From contig JBQLZK010000093.1 in assembly GCA_052168235.1 (NCBI GenBank), forward strand, positions 1-21,462: DNA of 21,462 nucleotides, in the 5' to 3' direction. Below the pieces are notes generated by a model. That model had not been told where the DNA came from and did no database searches. It was given only the letters and a program-made list of their open reading frames with translations. A program made the translations under genes and the position numbers. Of this stretch, positions 1 to 10,417 are shown in pieces (position 1 is the first letter of the stretch; each line of letters begins with the position of its first letter). The DNA is from Thainema sp. (GTDB lineage: Bacteria; Cyanobacteriota; Cyanobacteriia; Phormidesmidales; Phormidesmidaceae).

Positions 1-2
1 CA

Positions 3-34
3 AAGTTGCGCCACTGTCACAGGTGGTGCAACTT
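3..34 (-). terminator. Stem-loop downstream of the gvpV-like gene; possible intrinsic terminator
   Basis: AAGTTGCGCCAC (3-14) pairs with GTGGTGCAACTT (23-34) with one mismatch. It lies 45 nt past the stop of the minus-strand ORF; the window ends before a full U-tract can be seen. Confidence 0.45.
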
Positions 35-79
35 GGCCTTAGTCTAAACTCCAGTAATTTGGGGTAGCCGACTCCCGAT

Positions 80-460
80 TCAATAATCCAGGAACACCAT
101 ATCGTAAGGACTGCTGTCCTGATTGGGATTGCCTGGCTGAGGCGAAGCAGATGACGCGATGGATGGAGTGTACGGTTCTCTTCGAGATGGCAAAGCCGAA
201 TGCACATCAGCCAACGCTGCATCAGATGCTTGTCCCAACTGCTCGGCGGCATCTTTCAGGTGATCAATATGTGCGGTAAGTGTCTCCAAGCGAACATAAA
301 TTTGCTGCTTTCGCTGCTCAATTGCCTCTAGTTCCTGTTGTAGCCGTCGTTTTTCAATCACAAGCTTGTGCAACTCAAGATAGCTCGTTGCTTCGGATGC
401 CTGGCGGGGCATCGTGCTAATTTTCGGCAGAATACGGCCTCTGGGGGAACGAGGATACAT
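80..460 (-). CDS. GvpV-like (gas vesicle protein V family) coiled-coil protein
   Basis: PKISTMPRQASEATSYLELHKLVIEKRRLQQEL followed by a coiled coil resembles cyanobacterial GvpV as I recall it. The ATG at 460 follows GGAG and is preferred over the track start at 529. Confidence 0.6.
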   Translation of the reverse strand: MYPRSPRGRILPKISTMPRQASEATSYLELHKLVIEKRRLQQELEAIEQRKQQIYVRLETLTAHIDHLKDAAEQLGQASDAALADVHSALPSRREPYTPSIASSASPQPGNPNQDSSPYDMVFLDY

Positions 461-664
461 AGGGCAACTCCAAAACAAATCGTTTTTAGTAGTGTGCCCG
501 CTCAAGGTTGGCTGATATCTTGCGGTCATCCAAACTAAGGCAAAAAGGAACAGAAACCAAAGTTTTGTAATGCGGTGTTTTGGGCTACAGTCCCACCGTT
601 ACGTTTACCAAACAATGGAGGTTTAGCGTTGGAGGTCGAATCCATCACCTTCCTGATCCCCCGT

Positions 665-2353
665 ATGAAACCTCGAATTCTCGTCTGTGGTTTAGGTCGC
701 ACTGGCTACAAAATTTTTTCACTGCTAGAGCAGCAGGGAGCCGCCGTCGTTGGCATTAGCGATCGCAGATTCCCCAACCAGCCCGATCACATCGTCACTG
801 GCGATATGCGATTGCCCGAAACGCTGATTGCTGCCGGAATTCAAACTGCTCATACGCTACTGCTAACCAATTCCGACGATACGCTCAACCTGGCGATTCT
901 CACCCAAGCACGCCTGCTTAATCCTAAAATTCGCATCATTAATCGCCTTTTTAATCACAGTTTGGGAGATCGCTTAGACCAAACGCTGACCCACCATACA
1001 AGCCTCAGCGTCTCAGCACTTGCAGCACCGCTACTCGCATTTGCCGCTCAGGGCAATCGGGCGATTGGCCAACTGCAAATCTTTGATCGCACCTGGCCGA
1101 TTCAAGAAGAGTATATTGATCCCGATCATCCCTGGTTAGGCAGGAGTTTGGCCGATCTGTGGGCTGATCAGAGCCGCATGCTGATTTACTATCTGCCTGC
1201 CCAGGATGGGATTGATTTGGTGTCTGCGGTAGTGGAAGGTCGGACGCTGCAAGTGTGCGATCGCATTATTGTGGCCAATCGACCCAAGGTGAAACTGGGC
1301 CGCAAATCCCTACAGCAGCGCTGGTACAGTCTGCTCACGGGGCTACAGCATTTCCGCAAGCAAATTCAGTCTGGTTTAGCGATTACGCTGGTGCTGCTGT
1401 TGATCGTCTGGATCGCCACGCTGACCTATACGTCAATTAGCCTCAATACCTCCATTGTCGATGCGCTCTACTTCTCGGTCGGCATGATCACCGGGGCGGG
1501 GGGCAATGAAGAAGTGGCTGAGCAAGCACCTGAATTCATTAAGGTTTTCACTGTAATCATGATGCTGTTGGGCACAGCGGTGGTCGGCGTGTGTTACGCC
1601 ATTTTGAATGACTTGATCCTGGGTTCCCACTTTCAGCAGGTGGTGAATGCTGTGCATCTACCCCAGCGGCATCACTATGTCATTTGTGGTCTGGGCGGCG
1701 TTGGCTTCCAGGTGGTGCAGCAGTTGCATCAGGCGGGCCATGAAGTGGTGGTGATTGAGCGTGATGCCAACTGTCGCTTTATCGGTGTCGTGCGCGCCAT
1801 GAAAATCCCTGTCATTTTGGGCGATGCCAATGTGCCGACGATTTTAGAATCAGCTAACCTACAGCGGGCGAACGCTTTGCTGGCTCTGACCAGCGATGAC
1901 ACGGCGAATTTGGAAATCGCTCTGACCACAAAATCTTTTGCGCCCAAGCTGCGCGTGGTGGTGCGAATTCAGGATGCCGAATTTGCTCAACAGGTGCAGC
2001 AGGTCTTCGAGTTCGATATGGTGATGAGTCCGACCGATCTAGCGGCTCCTTCATTTGCGGCGGCAGCACTGGGCGGACAGGTTCTGGGTAATGGCATGAC
2101 GGCCAACAGTCTTTGGGTGGCACTGGCAACGATGATTACGCCCAATCATCCGTTTTTCGGTAAATGTGTACGAGACGTAGCAATGGTGGCCGATCTCGTA
2201 CCGCTCTACATCGAAGCTAATGGCCGCACCCTACACGGCTGGGACTTACTCGATTTTGAACTGGATACAGGCGATGTGCTCTATCTCACAATGCCCGCGA
2301 GTCGTCTCGACTTACTCTGGCGCAATATGCCGTCATCGCTGTTGGCAAGTTGA
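665..2353 (+). CDS. Potassium-channel-like protein: TrkA_N/TrkA_C (RCK), 2-TM pore, then a second TrkA_N/TrkA_C
   Basis: Two Rossmann motifs (ILVCGLGRTG, VICGLGGVG) flank TM-pore helix (DALYFSVGMITGAGG)-TM. The ATG at 665 (MKPRIL) opens the first Rossmann fold; the track starts at GTG 575. Confidence 0.85.
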   Translation: MKPRILVCGLGRTGYKIFSLLEQQGAAVVGISDRRFPNQPDHIVTGDMRLPETLIAAGIQTAHTLLLTNSDDTLNLAILTQARLLNPKIRIINRLFNHSLGDRLDQTLTHHTSLSVSALAAPLLAFAAQGNRAIGQLQIFDRTWPIQEEYIDPDHPWLGRSLADLWADQSRMLIYYLPAQDGIDLVSAVVEGRTLQVCDRIIVANRPKVKLGRKSLQQRWYSLLTGLQHFRKQIQSGLAITLVLLLIVWIATLTYTSISLNTSIVDALYFSVGMITGAGGNEEVAEQAPEFIKVFTVIMMLLGTAVVGVCYAILNDLILGSHFQQVVNAVHLPQRHHYVICGLGGVGFQVVQQLHQAGHEVVVIERDANCRFIGVVRAMKIPVILGDANVPTILESANLQRANALLALTSDDTANLEIALTTKSFAPKLRVVVRIQDAEFAQQVQQVFEFDMVMSPTDLAAPSFAAAALGGQVLGNGMTANSLWVALATMITPNHPFFGKCVRDVAMVADLVPLYIEANGRTLHGWDLLDFELDTGDVLYLTMPASRLDLLWRNMPSSLLAS

Positions 2354-2363
2354 GTAAACCTAA

Positions 2364-2404
2364 ATTGTGAGAGGGAGCGGCAATATGCCGCTCCCTCTCA
2401 CAAT
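2364..2404. terminator. Perfect 19-bp inverted repeat between convergent genes; probable bidirectional terminator
   Basis: ATTGTGAGAGGGAGCGGCA-ATA-TGCCGCTCCCTCTCACAAT lies between the stops at 2353 (+) and 2416 (-). Confidence 0.8.
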
Positions 2405-2415
2405 CAAAATAACTG

Positions 2416-2754
2416 TTATAAGTTGCTTAAACTATCTGACTTGAGGGGAACGAGTTTGCCAGATGTCAGCAGTCCTAACAATATTGGCTCCTGGGGCTGA
2501 ATGTCTTGCCCGGTTAAATAACACTGGTCGCTGTCTTGTGCGATCGCACTCATGGTGGCGCGTATGTCTGAGGCGGAAATCTGCGATCGCGCCTGATTGC
2601 TATGCTGATGAACGTAATCCCATAAAATATCTCGGACGAGGCTCTGATAGCCCCGATTGCCAGCTAGATCTTTGAGCTTCTCCTTGAGTTCTTTCTCAAA
2701 GCGAATGCTCGTAACTTCCATTTCGGTGGTTGGGGTGCGAGTTGCTAACGTCAT
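2416..2754 (-). CDS. Ribbon-helix-helix (CopG/BrnA-like) DNA-binding protein with a small C-terminal domain
   Basis: EVTSIRFEKELKEKLKDLAGNRGYQSLVRDILWDYV fits the RHH beta-alpha-alpha pattern. A GGAGG Shine-Dalgarno lies upstream. Confidence 0.75.
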   Translation of the reverse strand: MTLATRTPTTEMEVTSIRFEKELKEKLKDLAGNRGYQSLVRDILWDYVHQHSNQARSQISASDIRATMSAIAQDSDQCYLTGQDIQPQEPILLGLLTSGKLVPLKSDSLSNL

Positions 2755-2944
2755 AGGTACAATAAGCCTCCATAGGTCTGCTTCAAAATTTCATAATACA
2801 ATTGTAGTATTTTTGTTTACTGTCCTCAATAGGATCAGACTTACGCCTTGCCAATCAAATCTCAAAAGGATCATTGTGTCGCCGCGACGCCCCAGTACAA
2901 TGCTCCTCTTGAGTCTTCGCCAGCGAGAAAATTCTCAGCTCCAG

Positions 2945-2973
2945 GTGCAAAACCGCAATCATCACTGTATAAT
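2945..2973 (+). promoter_or_regulatory. Candidate sigma70-type promoter of rpsD
   Basis: GTGCAA (2945-2950), a 17-nt spacer, then perfect TATAAT (2968-2973), 37 nt before the ATG. GGAGA precedes the start. Confidence 0.5.
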
Positions 2974-3010
2974 TGAAGTCTTTGGGTAGAACTCTTAACG
3001 GAGAAATTTT

Positions 3011-3619
3011 ATGGCGCGATATCGAGGCCCTCGCCTCAGAGTGGTGCGTCGTTTAGGTGAACTGCCGGGTCTAACTCGTAAGTCTGCTAAGCGATCCTAT
3101 CCACCAGGACAACATGGTCAGGCTCGCAAGAAAAAGTCTGAGTTTGCTATTCGTCTAGAAGAAAAGCAAAAACTACGCATGAACTACGGCGTCAGCGAAA
3201 AGCAGCTGATTCGCTACGTCAAGAAAGCGCGTCGGTCAGGCGGTTCCACTGGACAGGTGATCCTTCAGCTTCTGGAAATGCGGCTGGACAACACTGTTTT
3301 CCGGATGGGTATGGCTCCGACAATTCCGGCAGCGCGTCAGTTAGTCAACCACGGACATATCACCGTCAATGGCGGTGTGGTGGATATTGCCAGCTATCAG
3401 TGTCGTGCTGGTGATGTCGTTGCGGTTCGCGATCGCGATCGTTCTCGTAAGCTAGTTGAGCAAAACTTACAGTATCCAGGTCTAGCAAACCTGCCGAGCC
3501 ACTTGGAGTTTGACAAGAACACGATGGTCGGTAAGGTGAATAGTCTAATTGACCGGGAGTGGATTGCACTTCAAATCAACGAACTGCTGGTGGTTGAGTA
3601 CTATTCTCGCCAAGCCTAG
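3011..3619 (+). CDS. rpsD: 30S ribosomal protein S4
   Basis: [44 protein letters not shown] and VVEYYSR are typical of cyanobacterial S4. Confidence 0.99.
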   Translation: MARYRGPRLRVVRRLGELPGLTRKSAKRSYPPGQHGQARKKKSEFAIRLEEKQKLRMNYGVSEKQLIRYVKKARRSGGSTGQVILQLLEMRLDNTVFRMGMAPTIPAARQLVNHGHITVNGGVVDIASYQCRAGDVVAVRDRDRSRKLVEQNLQYPGLANLPSHLEFDKNTMVGKVNSLIDREWIALQINELLVVEYYSRQA

Positions 3620-3694
3620 CATTCTCAATCTCCCCGCGTTCATCCGACGTTTTCTACCATTTTTCGCGGCAATTTAGATTTTTCCAAAATCTTC

Positions 3695-3730
3695 AGAACC
3701 CCCTCAAGTCCGTCAGCTTGAGGGGGTTCT
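3695..3730 (+). terminator. Intrinsic terminator downstream of rpsD
   Basis: 14-bp stem AGAACCCCCTCAAG / CTTGAGGGGGTTCT with an 8-nt loop, ending in TTCTTGT. Confidence 0.7.
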
Positions 3731-3763
3731 TGTATGTGAGATCTTCATTGGCCTGACATTAAG

Positions 3764-3854
3764 TAGGACTTATGCACTTCACGGTCACAAACGTTGGGTT
3801 TGGATGATTTTCAAGGCGCTCCGCATCTTGAAAATCATCCAACTGCCAGTCCTG
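3764..3854. repeat. Small REP/MITE-like element with AGGACT...AGTCCT ends and an internal 16-bp hairpin
   Basis: The left end TAGGACTTATGCA and right end TGCCAGTCCTG are imperfect inverted termini. TTGGATGATTTTCAAG (3800-3815) pairs perfectly with CTTGAAAATCATCCAA (3827-3842). Confidence 0.6.
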
Positions 3855-3855
3855 A

Positions 3856-4176
3856 TTAAGACAAATGAGCGCTCAACCGCTGTATTAGTTGATCGGCATT
3901 CAGCACTCCTTCAATCCGATCAACAGGCTGTCCCTGCTTAAACAGAACCAGCGTGGGTAAAGCCTCAATTCGGTGTTGAGAGGCCAAGGTGGGATAGTTG
4001 TCTGTGTTAATTTTGATCACTTTAACCTGCTGCTTGAGGCGCTGATTCACCTCTTCCAAAATCTTAGCCATCATCTGGCAAGGGCCACACCAAGGCGCAT
4101 AAAAATCGACCAGGACAGGTAATTCAGAACCGGCCAACATGTCTTGAAAACTGGAAAACTGTTGCTTGGTTGCCAT
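3856..4176 (-). CDS. trxQ: Thioredoxin, y-type (TrxQ-like)
   Basis: WCGPC active site. The N-terminus MATKQQFSSFQDMLAGSELPVLVDFYA resembles cyanobacterial y-type thioredoxin; the subtype is from recall. Confidence 0.85.
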   Translation of the reverse strand: MATKQQFSSFQDMLAGSELPVLVDFYAPWCGPCQMMAKILEEVNQRLKQQVKVIKINTDNYPTLASQHRIEALPTLVLFKQGQPVDRIEGVLNADQLIQRLSAHLS

Positions 4177-4385
4177 ACTAATACCTTTACCGCTAACCTT
4201 TTCTCGATCCTAGTTCAACGACTCTGGCAACCGCAGAGATCCCAGAATGACTTAAAATAATCGAGCTAAACCCATGTTGGTATTTTTTAGCTTTTGCACC
4301 TTGCACTTTGAGAACTCGAAGAGGTTATCTTGCCGCCGCATCGCGGCGGCAAAATGCCCCTTCTGGGTTTAAGTACAGGATGTGA

Positions 4386-5183
<798 letters not shown>

Positions 5184-5193
5184 CGGCTGCTGG

Positions 5194-5243
5194 CCCTTAT
5201 TCCCCAGCCCCAGCCCCTTCTCCTATTTTGGGAGAAGGGGAGC
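5194..5243 (+). repeat. CCCCTTCTCC/GGAGAAGGGG REP-like hairpin between fabG and ndbB
   Basis: 10-bp stem at 5214-5223 / 5231-5240, preceded by CCCTTATTCCCCAGCCCCAG. It resembles dispersed intergenic hairpin repeats of filamentous cyanobacteria and has no U-tract. Confidence 0.5.
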
Positions 5244-5339
5244 TAGAGAGAATCAATCTGCCGCATTACATAGCCTTGCCAAGGGACTGCGCGTTACCAT
5301 CTTGGAAGAACGACAGTCTTAAACACGATAGTCACGGTT

Positions 5340-6548
5340 ATGAGCGATCGCAAACGAATTTGTATTCTCGGTGGTGGATTTGGTGGACTCTACACGGCGC
5401 TGGCGCTCGATCGGCTGCCTTGGATGCCCCAGCAGCGGCCCGAGATTGTCCTAGTCGATCAGCGCGATCGCTTTGTGTTTTTGCCGCTGCTGTATGAAAT
5501 CGTGTCGGGCGAGCTGGAATCCTGGGAAGTGGCTCCGCCCTATACCGAGCTGTTGGCGGGTACAAATATCCGGTTTCAGCAAGCGGAGGTCTCCAAGATT
5601 GGCATCGATCCGGCAGAGGTGCAGCTTGCCGATGATTCCACAATTGCTTATGACTATCTAGTGCTGGCGCTGGGCGGCAAAACGCCGCTGGATATTGTGC
5701 CGGGGGCTGAAACCTACGCCATTCCGTTTCACGATATTGCTCATGCCTATCGGCTTGAGGAAGCTTTACGTGAGCTGGAACAGTCGCCTGCCGATAAAAT
5801 TCGAGTTGCGATCGCAGGTGCAGGCTACAGCGGGGTTGAGCTGGCCTGTAAGATAGCGGATCGCCTAGGTAAACGGGGCCGAGTGCGGCTGATTGACATG
5901 GCCGAAGATATTTTGCTGACTGCGCCGGAATTCAACCGGAATGCGGCTCGCAAAGCTCTTTCTGACCGGGGTGTCTGGCTGGATCTGGAAACTGCAGTTA
6001 CCGAAGTGGGCGAAAATACCATCTCCCTCAAATATCGCGATCAGATCGACGCTATTCCGGCTGAAATTGTGATCTGGACAGTAGGCACTCGCGTAGCCGA
6101 CCAAGTGCGATCGCTACCCATTCCCAAAAATCAGCGCGATCGAGTCCGGGTTGAATCAACATTACAGGTGATCGATCATCCGAACATCTTTGCTCTAGGC
6201 GATTTGGCAGACTGCAAAGACGCCGAAGGTCAACAGGTGCCCACCACGGCTCAGGCAGCTTTCCAGCAAGCAGACTACACCGCTTGGAACCTTTGGGCGC
6301 TAATCACGGGCGACCGTCCCCTACTCCCCTTCCGCTACCAGCATCTGGGCGAAATGATGGCGCTAGGTATGGATAACGCGACATTGACGGGTTTGGGCCT
6401 GAAGCTGGATGGCACTGCCGCTTACGTTGCGCGCCGATTAGCGTATCTATACCGGATGCCCACCCTTGGTCATCAGCTCCGCGTCGGGTTGAACTGGATT
6501 GGTCAACCCCTGCGATCGCTACTATCAACCGCATCAGACAAGAACTAG
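5340..6548 (+). CDS. ndbB: Type-II NAD(P)H:quinone oxidoreductase, NdbB/NDC1-like (demethylphylloquinone reductase family)
   Basis: RICILGGGFGGLYTAL FAD motif, a second motif GAGYSGVELA, plus IFALGD, AQAAFQQA and YLYRMPT. It closely resembles Synechocystis NdbB as I recall it. Confidence 0.85.
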   Translation: MSDRKRICILGGGFGGLYTALALDRLPWMPQQRPEIVLVDQRDRFVFLPLLYEIVSGELESWEVAPPYTELLAGTNIRFQQAEVSKIGIDPAEVQLADDSTIAYDYLVLALGGKTPLDIVPGAETYAIPFHDIAHAYRLEEALRELEQSPADKIRVAIAGAGYSGVELACKIADRLGKRGRVRLIDMAEDILLTAPEFNRNAARKALSDRGVWLDLETAVTEVGENTISLKYRDQIDAIPAEIVIWTVGTRVADQVRSLPIPKNQRDRVRVESTLQVIDHPNIFALGDLADCKDAEGQQVPTTAQAAFQQADYTAWNLWALITGDRPLLPFRYQHLGEMMALGMDNATLTGLGLKLDGTAAYVARRLAYLYRMPTLGHQLRVGLNWIGQPLRSLLSTASDKN

Positions 6549-6618
6549 AGTGATCTGTGCTCAATCTAGTCAATGAAAGGGATGCTAAACGCCCTCCTCA
6601 TTGGTTCTAGCTGTAGCT

Positions 6619-8379
6619 CTATCGAACAACCGATTGACAACGATACGCCTGATAGGGATAGCCGATGCGACCGTAGTGAGTCCGGTCAATTCGGCACATG
6701 GCGTTTGTCAGCGTTTCGGTTGCAGGATTTTCCGTCACAAGCCAGAACTGATCGCGATAGTCCACTTTGCGGATAGCGCGAGTGCCGACAACCCAGAGAT
6801 TGAGCGATTCAGATTCGGGTATTGAAAGGTTTAGCGGCTGCAGTTGTCCACCTAGCTGCTGCCAAACAGGATCAAACTGAGGATAGCCATGAATAAAGAT
6901 TAGGTTTGGCGGCACCGATGAGCGCTCTGTTTCCGGTATTTGCCCCAACGTCTGATCCACTTCCAAAGCAAAGCTAAAACCAAGCGCTAGCTCCTGTAGC
7001 GAACGATAGCCAACTGCGATCGCAACGGGTTCTTGCGGCGCAAACAGCATATCTCGCGCCACTTCATGGGGCAAAAAGGGACGATGAAAAATTAGACCGT
7101 TGATCAGAAAAATCCAGCTTATGAGTCCGGCTAGAATAACGCTGAATTGAGGAATTGAGACTGTTCGGGGCAACCACGCTGGTTTAAACTGCGGACGGTC
7201 GCAAAATCCCAGGCAGGTCGCCAGCAGTAAACAAAGTCCTGGGTAAAACACGAAATTGTAGCGGGGAGCCAGCGTCAGATCCTTGCCTAGACCGTAGATA
7301 ATTACGGCGAACTCCAGCAGCACAATGCCGACATAGAGCGCGATTGTCAACCAGGCTGCGCGATGGGCGGGTTGTCGCCACAGGTCGCGAAATCCCCTGA
7401 TGATGTAGCGGCTTAGCCAAATCACAAAGGCCAGCATGATTGCCCCGCAGGGAATCGTGATCCACAGCGGTCGCCGCTCCACGGGCAGCATAATCACCGT
7501 AATCACCCAGCCCGCCAGCATCTGGAAAATGGGCGCAATCAGCTGGCCCACGGATGGATCAACTAGGGCCAGCCAATCGTCTTCTGAACGCCCCATATTC
7601 TCCAGCAGCGTAGGTATCCAGGGCAAAAAGATCAGTCCCACACCCACGGTTGAACCCGCCACCGCGAACCAGTGGCGCAGACGAGCACGCAATCCCACTA
7701 GCCAAACCAGCAGCACCCCCACCTGCGCCGCCACGACCAGCAGATAGAAGTAATGGACATACAGACCAATACCGTTGACGACAATCCACGCCAGCCAAAC
7801 CCAGGGCTGCTGAATCTGCCGCTTCTGTAAGTCCTGCTGCATCTGCACCAGCGCCATCAGCGACAGCGTAATCAGCAGCATGGGTAGCGTGTAATGCCGC
7901 GCTTCCTGTGATAGGTAAACCGCGAAGGGCGACACGGCCATAAATGCCGCTGCCAGCAGGCCAATTTTAGGTGAAAAAGCCAGCCGTCCCAGCCCATACA
8001 TAACTGCGATCGCACTTATGCCAAACAGAGCGGGTAGCGATCGCACTGCCCAAGCCAGTCCTGCAAGATCAGGCCGGAGCAGCCGCAGCCAACCGTGCAT
8101 CAGGCAGAAAAACAGCGGCGGATGGGTCGATTCTGTGCTGACGGCGGCGGCAATCTGAGCGCAGCTCGTCGGGCGCAGCGCAAAAATTTGCGGCAAATCC
8201 GCAAAGGGAATGAACTGATTAACCGGAGCGTCGGCTGAGCCTAAACCCAAGCTGAACAGGGATGTGAGAATTTCGTCCAGCCACAGTGGCTGACTAGTCA
8301 GTCCCCAAAATCGCAGGCATGTGCCCAGAATCAGAATGCCTACCAGTACCCAGTAGTGCTGCTTTACCTGTGGTTTCAC
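6619..8379 (-). CDS. GT-C fold membrane glycosyltransferase (GT39/PMT_2-like)
   Basis: Multi-TM protein with LRF..L, LWLDE, HPPLFF, RSLPALFG, SQEARHY and PRY motifs. The GTG start lies 17 nt after the lepA stop. Confidence 0.85.
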   Translation of the reverse strand: MKPQVKQHYWVLVGILILGTCLRFWGLTSQPLWLDEILTSLFSLGLGSADAPVNQFIPFADLPQIFALRPTSCAQIAAAVSTESTHPPLFFCLMHGWLRLLRPDLAGLAWAVRSLPALFGISAIAVMYGLGRLAFSPKIGLLAAAFMAVSPFAVYLSQEARHYTLPMLLITLSLMALVQMQQDLQKRQIQQPWVWLAWIVVNGIGLYVHYFYLLVVAAQVGVLLVWLVGLRARLRHWFAVAGSTVGVGLIFLPWIPTLLENMGRSEDDWLALVDPSVGQLIAPIFQMLAGWVITVIMLPVERRPLWITIPCGAIMLAFVIWLSRYIIRGFRDLWRQPAHRAAWLTIALYVGIVLLEFAVIIYGLGKDLTLAPRYNFVFYPGLCLLLATCLGFCDRPQFKPAWLPRTVSIPQFSVILAGLISWIFLINGLIFHRPFLPHEVARDMLFAPQEPVAIAVGYRSLQELALGFSFALEVDQTLGQIPETERSSVPPNLIFIHGYPQFDPVWQQLGGQLQPLNLSIPESESLNLWVVGTRAIRKVDYRDQFWLVTENPATETLTNAMCRIDRTHYGRIGYPYQAYRCQSVVR

Positions 8380-8396
8380 GTCAATGGCGGCAGGCT

Positions 8397-10202
8397 TTAG
8401 CCCAGCTTCAAAACGGCCATAAATGCCTCTTGCGGCACATCAACCGTACCGATCGCCTTCAGGCGCTTCTTACCCTTGGCCTGCTTTTGCAGCAGCTTTT
8501 TCTTCCGAGAAATGTCGCCGCCATAGCACTTGGACAGCACGTCCTTCCGCAGTGCCGGAATGCTCTCGCTGGCGATGATCCGACTCCCAATGGCAGCTTG
8601 AACCGGAATCTTGAACTGGTGTCGGGGAATTAGTTCCTTTAGCTTCTCGACCAGCGCTTTGCCCACATAGTACGCCTTATCGCGATGCACAATCGTGGCC
8701 AGCGGATCAACCGGATCGCCGTTGATCATCACGTCCAGCTTGACCAGATGATTCGTACGATAGCCAATCAGGTGGTACTCCATGCTGGCGTAGCCCCGCG
8801 AGCGCGACTTCATCTGGTCGAAAAAGTCAGTGACCACTTCCGCCAGCGGAATCTCATAGGTTAAGGTCGTGCGGCCCTGAGTCAGGTAGCGCATGTCTTT
8901 GAACTCACCCCGACGACTTTGGCTCAGCTCCATCAGCGGGCCAACAAACTCTTCGGGCGTAATCATCTCTACCTTGACATAGGGTTCCGCAATGGACTCC
9001 CGCTCTTGTGGATCGGGCAGCAGACTGGGATTATCAACCTCAATCACGCTGCCGTCAATCATGGTGACGCGATAAATTACCGAAGGCGCAGTGGTAATCA
9101 GGTCAAGGTTGTACTCCCGCTCTAGCCGCTCTTGCACGATTTCCATGTGCAGCAGCCCCAAGAAGCCACAGCGGAAGCCAAAGCCCATCGCGCTGGAGGT
9201 TTCCGGTTCAAAGTAGAGGGCGGCATCATTGAGACGCAGCCGATCCAACGCCTCCCGTAAATCTTCAAACTGATCGGCATCGGTGGGAAATAGACCGCAG
9301 AAGACCATTGGCTTTGCTTCTACATAACCAGGCAGTGGCTTCTCTGCCGGATGCTTAGCCAGCGTAATCGTATCGCCGACACGAGCATCTTCAACTGCTT
9401 TAATCGCCGCTGCAAAGTAGCCCACTTCGCCCGCATGCAGTTCGTCCACCTGAATCTGGACGGGAGACAAAACACCTAGTTCGTCAATTTCGTATTCCTT
9501 GCCCGAGGCCATCAGCCGCACGCGATCGCCTTTTTTCACCGTGCCGTCCATCACCCGGAAATAGACAATCACCCCTCGGTAAGGGTCATAGTAGCTGTCG
9601 AAAATCAACGCCCGTAGCGGTTCCTCCACGGTGTCCTGCGGCGGTGGAATCAGGTAGACAATGGATTCTAAGATTTCCTGAACACCGATGCCCTCTTTTG
9701 CAGAGGCCAAGATTGCTCCGCTACAGTCGAGACCGATAATTTCTTCGATTTCGGCCTTGACCCGGTCAGGTTCTGCTCCCGGCAGGTCAATTTTGTTGAG
9801 CACCGGAATGATTTCTAGGTCATGTGCCAGAGCCAGGTAAACATTAGCCAGCGTTTGTGCCTCAACGCCTTGAGAGGCATCAACTACCAGCAGCGCCCCT
9901 TCACACGCGGCGAGAGAGCGGGACACCTCGTAGGAGAAGTCCACGTGTCCCGGCGTATCGATCAGGTTTAGGACATATTTTTCACCGTCCCGCGCTTTGT
10001 AGTTCATGCGGGCGGCCTGCAGCTTAATTGTGATGCCCCGTTCCCGCTCCAGATCCATCGAGTCGAGAAACTGCGCCTTCATATCGCGATCGCTAACAGT
10101 TTCAGTGACCTGCAACAAGCGATCGGCCAGGGTAGACTTACCGTGGTCAATGTGGGCGATGATGGAGAAGTTACGGATGCGAGAGACCGGAGCGTCAGTC
10201 AT
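8397..10202 (-). CDS. lepA: Translation elongation factor 4 (LepA)
   Basis: [51 protein letters not shown] and [14 protein letters not shown]. Confidence 0.99.
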   Translation of the reverse strand: MTDAPVSRIRNFSIIAHIDHGKSTLADRLLQVTETVSDRDMKAQFLDSMDLERERGITIKLQAARMNYKARDGEKYVLNLIDTPGHVDFSYEVSRSLAACEGALLVVDASQGVEAQTLANVYLALAHDLEIIPVLNKIDLPGAEPDRVKAEIEEIIGLDCSGAILASAKEGIGVQEILESIVYLIPPPQDTVEEPLRALIFDSYYDPYRGVIVYFRVMDGTVKKGDRVRLMASGKEYEIDELGVLSPVQIQVDELHAGEVGYFAAAIKAVEDARVGDTITLAKHPAEKPLPGYVEAKPMVFCGLFPTDADQFEDLREALDRLRLNDAALYFEPETSSAMGFGFRCGFLGLLHMEIVQERLEREYNLDLITTAPSVIYRVTMIDGSVIEVDNPSLLPDPQERESIAEPYVKVEMITPEEFVGPLMELSQSRRGEFKDMRYLTQGRTTLTYEIPLAEVVTDFFDQMKSRSRGYASMEYHLIGYRTNHLVKLDVMINGDPVDPLATIVHRDKAYYVGKALVEKLKELIPRHQFKIPVQAAIGSRIIASESIPALRKDVLSKCYGGDISRKKKLLQKQAKGKKRLKAIGTVDVPQEAFMAVLKLG

Positions 10203-10417
10203 ATAGTTTTGAGAATTGATTCAGCAGTGTGTGAAAGGTGATATGAGATGGAAATGTCGCTAGCACTAGGATGCCCTAAATAGGTCATCACATGAGCGCA
10301 AAACATTAGTCGAACACAATCCCCTCTGTAAAATATTGTAATGCTTTACTCCAGAATGAAAATATTTCCGGACTTTATCAGCTGAATGTGGCTTAACCTG
10401 ATCAAATCCAAGCGGTG

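Noticed and set aside
1493..1503. G-run in the channel pore region as a phase-variation tract
   Set aside because: The longest run is 6 G and is explained by Gly-Ala-Gly-Gly codons.
2416..2754. Complete type II toxin-antitoxin module here or at 10623-10853
   Set aside because: Neither RHH gene has an adjacent toxin-like ORF.
2657..2989. 110-aa plus-strand ORF
   Set aside because: It is antisense to the RHH gene, runs through the divergent promoter region and has no recognisable motif.
10328..10349. NtcA box upstream of lepA
   Set aside because: GTA...TAC is spaced by 6 nt rather than 8. The N8 alternative ends in TAA and has no convincing promoter geometry.
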